Shown one piece after another: positions 8,259-16,945 of a stretch of DNA of 17,000 nt (position 1 is its first letter; each line of letters begins with the position of its first letter). Made by a program: the position numbers and the translations under genes. This DNA is from a bacterium. Lineage in GTDB: Bacteria; Desulfobacterota; DSWW01. The notes under the pieces were generated by a model. It was not told the origin of the DNA and did no database searches. It was given only the letters and a program-made list of their open reading frames with translations. The DNA lies in the NCBI GenBank assembly GCA_040756235.1, contig JBFLZG010000052.1, positions 1 through 17,000 of the forward strand, given 5' to 3'.

Positions 8259-9683
8259 TCAGGTATCGTAGTACAGGGCGAACTCCCAGGGATGAGGCCT
8301 CAGCTCGACCGCCACCACTTCGTTCTTCATCTTGTAATGGATCCAGGTGTCGATCACGTCGGCGGTGAAGACGTCTCCTTTGAGCAGGTACTCATGGTCT
8401 TCCTGCAGCGCCTGCAGCGCCTCGCGCAGGGAACCCGGCGTCTTCGGCACCCTGGCCAGCTCCTCCGGCGGAAGGTCGTAGATGTCCTTGTCCAGCGGCT
8501 CACCCGGATGGACCTTGTTCTGGATGCCGTCGAGAGCCGCCATCAGGATGGCGGAGAAAGCCAGGTACGGGTTGCAGCTCGGGTCCGGGCAGCGGAACTC
8601 GAGCCGCTTGGCCTTGGCCGAAACCGAATACATCGGAATGCGCACGGCGGCGCTCCGGTTCCTGCGGGAGTATGCCAGGTTGACCGGCGCCTCGAAGCCG
8701 GGCACGAGGCGCTTGTAGCTGTTGGTCGTGGGGCTGGTGAAGGCGAGCAGCGAGGGGGCGTGCTTCAGAATGCCCCCGATGGCGTACATGGCCATGTCGG
8801 AAAGGCCCGCGTAGCCCCCTCCGGCGAACAGGTTCTTGCCCGCCTTCCACAAAGAGAGATGTACGTGCATCCCGCTGCCGTTGTCGTTGAACAGCGGCTT
8901 GGGCATGAAGGTCACCGTCTTGTTGTACTTTCGGGCCATGTTCTTGATGACGTACTTGTACTTCAGCATGTTGTCCGCCATCTCGACCAGCGGCGCGAAC
9001 CGCATGTCGATCTCGGACTGGCCGGCGGTCGCCACCTCGTGATGCTGGGCCTCGATGGCGACCCCGATCTTTTCGAGCGCCAGGATCATCTCGCTGCGCA
9101 GGTCCTGGAGACTGTCCGTAGGCGGCACGGGGAAATAGCCTTCCTTGTAGCGCGGCTTGTAGCCCAGGTTCGGCTTTTCGTCCCGGCCCGCGTTCCAGCG
9201 TCCCTCGGCCGAATCGATGTGGTAGTACCCCTCGTGCTCGTTCTGGTCGAAGCGGATGTCGTCGAAGATGAAGAATTCGGCCTCGGGGCCGAAGAAGGCC
9301 GTGTCAGCCAGCCCCAGGCTCTTGAGGTGCTGCTCGGCCTTGCGGGCGATGTTGCGCGGATCCCGGCTGTAGTCCTCGCCCGTGATCGGGTCGCAGATGT
9401 TGCACACCATGACCAGCGTCTTGGCGGAGAGGAAGGGGTCGAGGAAAGCGGAGTTCGCCACCGGCCGGACGAGCATGTCCGATTCGTTGATCGCCTGCCA
9501 GCCCCGGATGCTCGATCCGTCGAAACCCAGACCCTGCTCGAACGTGTCCTCGTCGATCTCGCGGGCCGGCACCGAGAAGTGCTGCCACAGCCCGGGGAAG
9601 TCCATGAATCGCAGATCCACGATTTGCACCTTTCCTTCCTCGATGAACTCCACGACATCCCTGGGTGTCTTGAACTCGGCCAT
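8259..9683 (-). CDS. glnA: Glutamine synthetase type I (GSI-beta)
   Basis: [71 protein letters not shown]-beta insertion present, and adenylylatable Tyr in [11 protein letters not shown] (codon 8478-8480). GAGGAG RBS 8 nt before ATG 9683. Confidence 0.98.
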   Translation of the reverse strand: MAEFKTPRDVVEFIEEGKVQIVDLRFMDFPGLWQHFSVPAREIDEDTFEQGLGFDGSSIRGWQAINESDMLVRPVANSAFLDPFLSAKTLVMVCNICDPITGEDYSRDPRNIARKAEQHLKSLGLADTAFFGPEAEFFIFDDIRFDQNEHEGYYHIDSAEGRWNAGRDEKPNLGYKPRYKEGYFPVPPTDSLQDLRSEMILALEKIGVAIEAQHHEVATAGQSEIDMRFAPLVEMADNMLKYKYVIKNMARKYNKTVTFMPKPLFNDNGSGMHVHLSLWKAGKNLFAGGGYAGLSDMAMYAIGGILKHAPSLLAFTSPTTNSYKRLVPGFEAPVNLAYSRRNRSAAVRIPMYSVSAKAKRLEFRCPDPSCNPYLAFSAILMAALDGIQNKVHPGEPLDKDIYDLPPEELARVPKTPGSLREALQALQEDHEYLLKGDVFTADVIDTWIHYKMKNEVVAVELRPHPWEFALYYDT

Positions 9684-9787
9684 CTTTTCCACTCCTCATC
9701 TTGGGGGTTGATCTGCTGCCGCATGCGGGTGAGCACGCCCCGCGGCAGGCATGCAAGCGATTCGTCCGACTTGCCAGGCTTCCGTTG

Positions 9788-9802
9788 GCAAGACCTGTGC
9801 CA
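9788..9802 (-). promoter_or_regulatory. sigma54 (-24/-12) promoter of glnA
   Basis: Minus strand TGGCAC-AGGTC-TTGC, an exact match to TGGCAC-N5-TTGC, ~105 bp upstream of the glnA ATG. Confidence 0.9.
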
Positions 9803-9869
9803 GGATCTGCAACCGTCCGCGACAGCGAGAGTTCCTGCGATTGGGCGCGCGCGGAACCTCGCCACGGGC

Positions 9870-9925
9870 GGAGAAAACGACAAGAGTGTCGTATGGACGA
9901 TCGGACATTCTACAAAAACGTAGGA
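9870..9925 (-). promoter_or_regulatory. Putative tandem enhancer (bEBP) sites upstream of the glnA sigma54 promoter
   Basis: Minus strand TCCTACGTTTTTGTAG (9925-9910), 18 nt, then CGACACTCTTGTCG-TTTTCTCC (9891-9870). Both are imperfect palindromes, and both recur upstream of glnK. Confidence 0.7.
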
Positions 9926-9970
9926 AGTGCCTGGTGCCTGGAGGGGTGTCTACGGCGCCGGGATTCCTTG

Positions 9971-12589
9971 TCAGCGGGACCGGAGCAGCTGACGGCGCAG
10001 GGCCGACCGAACGGCCTCCACGCGCTCGGGTCCCTCCACCTTCTGGCCGAGCAGATCACGGACGTAGAAGACGTCCACGACCTGGTCGACGCGGGTGGCG
10101 ATCTGGGCGATCCTCACGTCGAGCTCGCATCCGAACAGGGCGTTCGTGAGCTTGTAGAGGAGCCCCGGAAAGTCATGGGTGTACACCTCTACGATGGTGA
10201 AGAAGTCGGACGCGTCGTTGTCCACCACGATCCTGTCCAGCGCCGCCGGAGGCCGTTCTCGTGCGGGCCGGGTCGAAGCGAGCTTCTGTGCCAACACTTC
10301 GTCCAGGACGAGAGCGCCCTCCAAGGCGGCATTCAGGTCGGCCCGGACGCGGTCCCACGTTTCCGCTTCCCGCAGCGGGTCCGGCGGCGGCTTGACCATG
10401 AACAGATCGAGGGCGGTCCCGTTGGTCCAGGTGTAGATCCGGGCGTTCAGGATGTCCAGGTTGTTCAGGGTGCATACGCCGGAGATCTTGGAGAACAGAC
10501 CCGGCCTGTCCCTGGCGCACACGGTGACGATACGGTAGTCCGCGCCGGGCGGTCTCTTCGCATCCAGGATGAAGGGTGCGTCCCCGAGGCCGCGGTAGAG
10601 CTCGGCATGCCGCAGGATGTCCTCGGAGGAAGTATCGAGGAGGTAGCGGGGCGACATCTGGTCGAACAGCTCCTCCGTGCGGCGGCGGGTCCTTTGCCCC
10701 GCCTTTCCGAGGACCTCCTGCCTCTTCCTTTTCACGATGTCCACCGACGCCGGCGTGGCGAGCTCACCCTTCTCCAGGATGTGATAGATCTTGAAGAACA
10801 GCTCCTCCAGGAGCACGGCCGTCCAGTCGTTCCAGGCTTTGGGGCCCGTGGACTTGCAGTCGGCGACCGTGAGCAGGTAAAGCATCTTCAGCTCGTCGGC
10901 GTTCCGGAACTTGCGCGCGCTCTGAACCACGACCGCCTCTTCCTGGATGTTGCGGCGCGTGGCCGTCTCGATCAGGAAGAGGTGCTCCCGCACCAGGAAG
11001 GAGACCTGCTCGGTCTCCCGATCCGAGACGTGCAGGCGTGCCAGGGCGGCCCGGACCATCTGCGCGCCCGCAACGGCATGGTCCGGCTTGCCGGGGGCGC
11101 CTTTGCCGACGTCGTGAAAGAGGGCGGCCCAGAGCAGCGGCTCCGGGTCCGGGACTTCCTCGAGCAGCCGAGCGGCCAGCGACTCGAGGGGACCGGGACG
11201 GTGCAGGTCCTTGAGCACCTGCACCGTGGCCAGGCTGTGTTTGTGGACCGGGTGGAGGTGATAGTTGTCGAACTGAATGCGATTGACGATCCCTTCCAGC
11301 TCCGGCACGAGCGCCGTCAGCATGCCGGTGTGAAACATCTCGCTGAGCACGTCCATGACCCGGCCGGGCGCCATGAGGATGCGCCGGAAGGACTGGACCA
11401 CCGCGTGCGAGCCGCGCAGCTCCTCGGCCGCGCCCGGGACGATGCGCCGCACCAGCCGTTTGGCCTCCAGGGTCAGGGGCAGCCCGGTGAGAGCGGCCTG
11501 CTCGAAGGCGCGCATGAGCAGCACGGGGTTCTGTCCAAGATCGTCCGGGGATTCGAAGTCCAGGCCGTCCGGGCCGGCCCTGAGGCCGCCCCCCCGCAGG
11601 GCGCGCGCGGAGGCCCGGTTGGAGGCCCTGAGAGGCTTCGGCAGCGCCTTGTTGAGATAGGTGAGGTGGAGCTGCTTGATGTATTCCATGTGGCCGTGCA
11701 TCGTCCCCAGGAAGCGCTCCACCGCCCGCTGCCCTCCGTCGTCCTTGAACCGCAGCGCCCGTGCCAGCCTGAGCTGGTAATCGAAATAGAGCTGATCGCA
11801 CTTGCGCCCGCTGAGATGGTGCAGCCAGTTGCGCGCGCTCCAGATGAAGGACAGCGCTTCAACCAGGCTTCGGCACTCGTCCGCCGAGAGGAGCCCGAGG
11901 TCCTCGAGCTCGTCGACGCCGCGCGCGTGGTCCTTGGCCCAGGCCAGCCACAGCATGGCATGGTAGTCCCGCAAGCCCCCGATGCCTTCCTTGAGGTTCG
12001 GCTCCAGCAGACAGGTGGCGTCGCCGTAGCGGGCGTGGCGCTCGCGGTTCCTGTCGACGAGCCACCCGAGGAAGGACCGGGCGCGGTTATTCAGGACCTT
12101 GTCGCGGACCTCGGCCAGCAGCCCGGAGTAAAGGCTCGAGATGCCGCAGAGAAAGCGGGCGTCCGCAAGGGCGGTCAGGGCCTCGAAATCGCGGGAGGCG
12201 AGCCTTGCGCACTCCTTGAAGGTGCGAACCGCGTAGCTCACTTCGATTCCTGCGTCCCATAACGGGTAGAAGATCTCCTGCACGAGCTGCGCGCTCCCCT
12301 CCGGGATCTTTCGATCGAACAGGAGCAACACGTCCACGTCGGATGCGAGGCACTGCTCTCTGCGTCCGTAGCCGCCGAGAGCGAGGAAGGCACACGGATT
12401 TTTCTCGAGGTGCAATCCCGGGCCGACGGCACTGCGTACGAAGCTCTCCTGAAAGTAATTGTCCAGGATCTCCGAGTGGCGCCGCAGGAACTCAGGCTCC
12501 TCGCCGCGCGTGAAGCGGAAGATCAGCTCGCGCTTGGCCTGGATGAGCGCCTGCACCGGACTCTTCAACGCCTGCACCGGATCCTTCAC
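9971..12589 (-). CDS. glnD: [Protein-PII] uridylyltransferase/uridylyl-removing enzyme GlnD
   Basis: NT motif ALGGYGRRE...SDVDVL, LEPNLKEGIGGLRD, HD domain (YHLHPVHKH...ALFHDVGKG), two C-terminal ACT domains (ARDRPGLF, THDFPGLLY). GTG start with GGAGGAG RBS. Confidence 0.96.
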   Translation of the reverse strand: MKDPVQALKSPVQALIQAKRELIFRFTRGEEPEFLRRHSEILDNYFQESFVRSAVGPGLHLEKNPCAFLALGGYGRREQCLASDVDVLLLFDRKIPEGSAQLVQEIFYPLWDAGIEVSYAVRTFKECARLASRDFEALTALADARFLCGISSLYSGLLAEVRDKVLNNRARSFLGWLVDRNRERHARYGDATCLLEPNLKEGIGGLRDYHAMLWLAWAKDHARGVDELEDLGLLSADECRSLVEALSFIWSARNWLHHLSGRKCDQLYFDYQLRLARALRFKDDGGQRAVERFLGTMHGHMEYIKQLHLTYLNKALPKPLRASNRASARALRGGGLRAGPDGLDFESPDDLGQNPVLLMRAFEQAALTGLPLTLEAKRLVRRIVPGAAEELRGSHAVVQSFRRILMAPGRVMDVLSEMFHTGMLTALVPELEGIVNRIQFDNYHLHPVHKHSLATVQVLKDLHRPGPLESLAARLLEEVPDPEPLLWAALFHDVGKGAPGKPDHAVAGAQMVRAALARLHVSDRETEQVSFLVREHLFLIETATRRNIQEEAVVVQSARKFRNADELKMLYLLTVADCKSTGPKAWNDWTAVLLEELFFKIYHILEKGELATPASVDIVKRKRQEVLGKAGQRTRRRTEELFDQMSPRYLLDTSSEDILRHAELYRGLGDAPFILDAKRPPGADYRIVTVCARDRPGLFSKISGVCTLNNLDILNARIYTWTNGTALDLFMVKPPPDPLREAETWDRVRADLNAALEGALVLDEVLAQKLASTRPARERPPAALDRIVVDNDASDFFTIVEVYTHDFPGLLYKLTNALFGCELDVRIAQIATRVDQVVDVFYVRDLLGQKVEGPERVEAVRSALRRQLLRSR

Positions 12590-12624
12590 GGCTCCTCCGA
12601 TTGCCTGTCAACGAAAATCTGGAA

Positions 12625-12639
12625 GCAACGGATATGCCA
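12625..12639 (-). promoter_or_regulatory. sigma54 (-24/-12) promoter of glnD
   Basis: Minus strand TGGCAT-ATCCG-TTGC(T), 35 bp upstream of the glnD GTG. Confidence 0.8.
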
Positions 12640-12651
12640 CTCGCTCAAGCG

Positions 12652-13107
12652 GTCATTCCCGCGAACCCCGGATCAAGGTCCGGAGCAGGCGCGGGAATCC
12701 CCTGACCTCCGTCATCCCGGGCCGGCGCCTTCGCGTGGCGTTGTAGGGGCGCTGTTTGCCGCGCGCCCCTTGGGAACCGGCGGACCGCCTCTTGTAGGGG
12801 CGACGCATGCGTCGCCCTTTTCCGGAGGCCACGTCACGACCATCCGGAATCACCGGGAACAGGGACCGGATTCCGGCCTGTGAGGCCGTGTCACAATTCG
12901 TTATCCCGGCCCTGGTGCGAAGCGCGTGAGAGCCGGGATCCAGAAGGGTGCACCCAGACCAGCTGCGGTAACTGGGCGCAGGGGCTGGATTCCGGCCTTC
13001 GCCGGAATGACGGAAATCATGCGGCCGCACCGCTGAGTCCTCCGGAATGAGTGGCCGCATGAGGGTTTGACCGGCTTATGACCCAGCCTCCTGCGCCGGA
13101 ATGACGG
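12652..13107. repeat. Composite/nested cluster of CGTC-family and GTAG-family REP-like palindromes
   Basis: CGTC-type units: GTCATTCCCGCG...CGCGGGAATCC (12652-12700), CCGTCATCCCGG (12709-12720)...CCGGAATC (12844-12851), CGTTATCCCGGC...GCCGGGATCCAG (12899-12943), CTGGATTCCGGCCTTCGCCGGAATGACGG (12985-13013). GTAG units at 12743-12770 and 12794-12817, the latter with the perfect 20-bp palindrome GGGCGACGCATGCGTCGCCC. Confidence 0.88.
12882..13090. mobile_element. MITE-like non-autonomous element (209 bp) inserted in a REP loop
   Basis: TIRs GAGGCCGTGTCACAA (12882-12896) and TTATGACCCAGCCTC (13076-13090; reverse complement GAGGCTGGGTCATAA, 12/15 match). Flanks CTGT/CTGC form an imperfect 4-bp TSD. 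Removal restores GGATTCCGGCCTGCGCCGGAATGACGG. Confidence 0.65.
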
Positions 13108-13171
13108 GAAAAAGCTGCGTTCCCGCCTCTTCCACGGGTCAACCGTGGACTCGTGCCCCCTCTCCATGGTG

Positions 13172-13225
13172 TCCTACATTTTTGTAGTTCATGCTGAGCT
13201 GGATGACTCTCGTGTCGTTTTTCCC
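13172..13225 (+). promoter_or_regulatory. Putative tandem enhancer (bEBP) sites upstream of the glnK-amtB sigma54 promoter
   Basis: TCCTACATTTTTGTAG (13172-13187), 16 nt, then TGACTCTCGTGTCG-TTTTTCCC (13204-13225). Nearly identical to the pair upstream of glnA. Confidence 0.7.
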
Positions 13226-13320
13226 GGAGGGGCACAAGGGAGGCTGCGGAGACCGAAGCCCCCGATTTGTGCCGGGAATCAGAGGAGATCTTCCCTTCAC
13301 ACAGGGGTCGAGAATGTCCG

Positions 13321-13335
13321 TGGCACATATTTTGA
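13321..13335 (+). promoter_or_regulatory. sigma54 (-24/-12) promoter of glnK-amtB (variant -12 GA)
   Basis: TGGCAC-ATATT-TTGA, 36 bp before the ATG. One deviation (C to A) at -12. Confidence 0.7.
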
Positions 13336-13710
<375 letters not shown>

Positions 13711-13779
13711 AACAGGGTCGAGGAGATTCCGTGCAGGCCGGGCCGAAGCGGCCCACGCGAGCTCGTGATGGAGGATGCG

Positions 13780-15084
13780 ATGAAGGAAGCGAAGAGAATC
13801 CTGTTGCCCCTTTCGTTCTTCTTGATGCTGCCCGCGAGCGCGCTCGCGCAAGAGGAGGCGCCTGTTCTGGACAAAGGCGACACCGCCTGGATGATCGTGG
13901 CCACGGCCCTGGTGATGTTCATGACACCGGTCGGCCTCGCGCTCTTCTACGGCGGGATGTCCCGCTCCAAGAACGTGTTGAACACCTTCGGCCTGAGTTT
14001 CGTCTCCTATGCGATCGGCAGCATCTTCTGGATGCTCTGGGGCTACACCTTGTCGTTCGGCCCCGACGTGAGCGGGTTCATCGGCGGGCTGTCTTCCCTG
14101 TTCCTGAACGGGATCGGTCCGGCCGATCTGCGGGGGACGATTCCCGCCTACCTTTTCGTCCTGTTCCAGATGACCTTCGCCGCCATCACGGTCGCGCTCA
14201 TCAGCGGCTCGATCGTGGAACGGATGAAGTTCTCATCCTGGGTCGTCTTCTCTCTTCTGTGGCTGACTTTCGTTTATGCGCCGGTGTGCCACTGGGTCTG
14301 GGGAGGCGGCTGGCTGGGAACGCTGGGAGCCCTGGATTTCGCGGGCGGAACCGTGGTCCACATCAACGCCGGTGTGTCGGGCCTGGTGCTCGCGCTCATG
14401 CTCGGCAAGAGAAGAGGGTATCGGAAAGAAATCATGCTCCCCTCGAGCATCATGCTCACGGCCGCCGGAGCCGCCATGCTCCTGTTCGGCTGGTTCGGAT
14501 TCAACGCCGGCAGCCAGCTCGCATCGGACGGCCTCGCCGCCTCCGCCTTTCTGGTCACCAACACGGCAGCCTGCGTGGCGGCCCTGACCTGGATGGGCAT
14601 GGAGTGGTTCGTCTCCAAGAAGCCGACGCTGCTGGGGCTGGCCTCCGGACTGGTTGCCGGGCTCGTGGGGATCACGCCGGCCGCCGGATTCGTCGACCTC
14701 GCGGGCTCCCTCATCATCGGCATCGGAGCGGGGCTGATCGGGTACGCCGGGGTGGCTCTGCTCAAGCCGCGCCTGGGCTATGACGATTCTCTCGACGCCT
14801 TCGGCGTGCACGGGCTGTGCGGGACCTGGGGCGCCCTGGCGACCGGACTGCTGGCCAACCCCGCGGTGAACGAGCTGGGCAAGGGGCTTTTCTACGGAAA
14901 TCCGCGGCAGCTCCTCGTGCAGATCGTGAGCATCGCAGTGACCGCCGTGTATGCGGGCCTTGCCACGTTCGTCCTGGCCAGCATCACGAAAGCGATTACG
15001 GGCGGGCTGAGAGTTTCGGACGAAGACGAGATGGCAGGTCTGGACGAATCGATTCACGGAGAGCGGGCCTTTGCCATCCAGTGA
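13780..15084 (+). CDS. amtB: Ammonium transporter AmtB
   Basis: Signal peptide, GDTAW, LALFYGG, FQMTFA, DFAGGTVVH and DDSLDAFGVHG (twin-His intact), WFGFNAGS, C-terminal GLD...HGE. GGAGG RBS 5 nt before ATG 13780 (the ORF track starts at 13765). Confidence 0.97.
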   Translation: MKEAKRILLPLSFFLMLPASALAQEEAPVLDKGDTAWMIVATALVMFMTPVGLALFYGGMSRSKNVLNTFGLSFVSYAIGSIFWMLWGYTLSFGPDVSGFIGGLSSLFLNGIGPADLRGTIPAYLFVLFQMTFAAITVALISGSIVERMKFSSWVVFSLLWLTFVYAPVCHWVWGGGWLGTLGALDFAGGTVVHINAGVSGLVLALMLGKRRGYRKEIMLPSSIMLTAAGAAMLLFGWFGFNAGSQLASDGLAASAFLVTNTAACVAALTWMGMEWFVSKKPTLLGLASGLVAGLVGITPAAGFVDLAGSLIIGIGAGLIGYAGVALLKPRLGYDDSLDAFGVHGLCGTWGALATGLLANPAVNELGKGLFYGNPRQLLVQIVSIAVTAVYAGLATFVLASITKAITGGLRVSDEDEMAGLDESIHGERAFAIQ

Positions 15085-15100
15085 GCGGTTCCCTTATACT
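15071..15100 (+). promoter_or_regulatory. Possible sigma70-type promoter for the DUF362 gene, overlapping the amtB 3' end
   Basis: TTGCCA-N18-TATACT, 41 bp upstream of ATG 15142. Confidence 0.4.
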
Positions 15101-15141
15101 GTCTCCTGGCTTCTGGGTCTCACACCTTACCAGGTACGCCG

Positions 15142-16320
15142 ATGTCCGCGACCGTGGCGCTTGCCCGCTGCACGTCCTACGATCCCGGCCGCGTCCAGCA
15201 GGCCATGGAGCGCGTGCTGGATCTGGCCGGCGGGATCGCTGCCTGGGCCCGTCCCGGAGATCGCGTCCTGCTGAAGCCCAACGTGCTCCTGGCGGCGCCG
15301 CCCGAGCGGGCCGTCTGCACCCATCCCGAGGTGCTGCGGGCCGCCATCCGCGCGCTGCGGGCTTTCGGCTGCCGCCCGGTGGTCGCCGAACAGCCGGGCA
15401 TCGGCGCGCTCCAGAGCGCACGCAGGGCCCTGGAAGTCTCCGGCATCCTGGGAGTGTGCAGAGAGGAAGGGGTGGACTGCCGTCTGTTCCGGGAGAAGGG
15501 CTTTTCTCCGGTCCCGCTCCCCGCCGGAAAGCAGGTCCGTGAGGTGATGCTTCCCCGCGAGCTCCAGGAAGCGGATCACGTGGTTTCCCTGGCCAAGGTC
15601 AAGAGCCACATGCAGGCTGCCTACACGGGAGCCATCAAGAACTTCTACGGAGCCATTCCCTTCCGCCAGCGCAAGCAGATCCATGCGCTTGCCAAGTACG
15701 TGCGTTTTTCGGAGGGCATCGTGGACGTGTTCCAGGCGGTCCGGCCGCGCTTCGGGATCCTCGACGGCATCCTGGGCATGGAGGGGCGGGGACCTTCTGC
15801 AGGTAAGCCGCGCCTGCTCGGCCTGCTCATGGCCTCGACCGACCTGGTCGCGCTGGACCGGATCGCGCTGGCTGCGGTGGGCTGGGACGGCCTGCGGGTC
15901 CGTCACGTCGAGGACGCGGCGGCGCGCGGCCTGGGCATTGCGGACGTGCGCAGGATCCGCGTGGCGGGAGAGCGGCTCGACGACGTGCGCGTGCCTTTCG
16001 CCCTGCCGCCGACGGCCTTCCGCAACCCGCCCCGCTTCCTCCTGGACACCCTCTACAACCTCTGGTCCATCAAGCCTCTCGTGATCCGGGAAAAGTGTAC
16101 CGCCTGCAGCACCTGCGTGGCGGCCTGCCCGGCCGGGGCCATCCGGCTCGATGATGCGCCTCGGGCCGTCATCGACTACGACCGGTGCATCGAGTGTTTC
16201 TGCTGCCACGAGCTCTGCCCGAGCGACGCCGTTACGGAAAAGCAGTCTTCACTGAAGGCCGTGCTGAGCCGCCTGCGAAGGGCCATCCGGCCTCTCCCGA
16301 GCGATGCCGACCGATCGTGA
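15142..16320 (+). CDS. DUF362 domain protein with C-terminal 2x[4Fe-4S] ferredoxin domain
   Basis: PGDRVLLKPN, THPEV, LAKVKSH, TGAIKNFYG, DGILGMEGRGP, DLVALD. CTACSTCVAACP and CIECFCCHELCP motifs. Confidence 0.9.
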   Translation: MSATVALARCTSYDPGRVQQAMERVLDLAGGIAAWARPGDRVLLKPNVLLAAPPERAVCTHPEVLRAAIRALRAFGCRPVVAEQPGIGALQSARRALEVSGILGVCREEGVDCRLFREKGFSPVPLPAGKQVREVMLPRELQEADHVVSLAKVKSHMQAAYTGAIKNFYGAIPFRQRKQIHALAKYVRFSEGIVDVFQAVRPRFGILDGILGMEGRGPSAGKPRLLGLLMASTDLVALDRIALAAVGWDGLRVRHVEDAAARGLGIADVRRIRVAGERLDDVRVPFALPPTAFRNPPRFLLDTLYNLWSIKPLVIREKCTACSTCVAACPAGAIRLDDAPRAVIDYDRCIECFCCHELCPSDAVTEKQSSLKAVLSRLRRAIRPLPSDADRS

Positions 16321-16943
16321 CCCTCATGGAGCTTCTCCGCTTCGTCTTCGTGCAGCACCTGGGCCCCGCCTGCTGGGCTGCACTGCTGGCCGCGGCCGGC
16401 TGCCTGCTCGCTGTCGCGGTCGAGCGGCTCGAGCTGGAGCGGCTGCTCGATCTCTCGATGCTTCTGTTCAGGATGGCCCTGAGGCTCGTCGGGCGTGAGG
16501 CGAATGCGCGCATGGCCGCCGCCATCTTCGCGTTCAACGGGACGGCCATCTTCCTTTACCTGGCTTGCGGATTTCATCCCGCCCTGCCGGCCGCGATCGC
16601 CCTGCTGACCGGGTTCAACGTGACGGCGATCCTGCTCGCGGTCAGCCGCACCGCAGCGGCCTCGGAGGAATCGCTTCCTCGGACCGGCGGCCGCCGGGTT
16701 CCGGGCCGGAACGTGACGACCCTTTGCGGCACGGCGGTCCTGCTTCTCGAGCTGCCCTGTTTCGCCTTCTCCGTCGGCATGGGCATTCGGCTGGGCCAGG
16801 ACGTGCTGGCCGGGCGCACCGGCTACCTCGAAGGCCTTGCCCTCCGCGCCGAAGCCTACGCGGCCGTCATCCTGCCTCTGCTCTTCGTGAGCGCAATCTG
16901 CGAGACCGTGGCGATCCGCGGCATGGCGGTCGCCGCTGAATGA
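16317..16943 (+). CDS. Integral membrane protein, SpoIIM/DUF95-like
   Basis: Several hydrophobic helices; IFAFN, LLLELPCF...G..LG and PLLFVSAICE resemble SpoIIM-family motifs. In-frame GTG overlaps the upstream stop (GTGA 16317-16320); alternative ATG 16326. Confidence 0.6.
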   Translation: MTLMELLRFVFVQHLGPACWAALLAAAGCLLAVAVERLELERLLDLSMLLFRMALRLVGREANARMAAAIFAFNGTAIFLYLACGFHPALPAAIALLTGFNVTAILLAVSRTAAASEESLPRTGGRRVPGRNVTTLCGTAVLLLELPCFAFSVGMGIRLGQDVLAGRTGYLEGLALRAEAYAAVILPLLFVSAICETVAIRGMAVAAE

Positions 16944-16945
16944 AA

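Noticed and set aside
5785..12262. Long plus-strand ORFs (5785-8220, 8100-9923, 9701-12262; also 329-1528 and 1610-3124)
   Set aside because: Antisense shadows of well-supported genes, expected from high-GC codon bias. They have no recognisable motifs.
12944..12960. TGCACC half-site as an NtrC box
   Set aside because: No matching GGTGCA at the right spacing, and it lies inside the repeat cluster.
13311..13320. 10-mer AGAATGTCCG shared by the glnK (13311-13320) and glnA (9911-9902) upstream regions
   Set aside because: It sits at different positions relative to the promoters and is not palindromic, so it may be chance.
12653..13328. Short ORFs in the glnD-glnK spacer (e.g. VIPAKAGIQ, RHSGEGRNP, VGATHASP peptides)
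   Set aside because: These peptides are translations of REP palindromes, not proteins.
16185..16316. Longer start of the membrane protein ORF
   Set aside because: It overlaps the DUF362 ferredoxin domain by 136 nt. The GTGA-coupled start at 16317 is more plausible.
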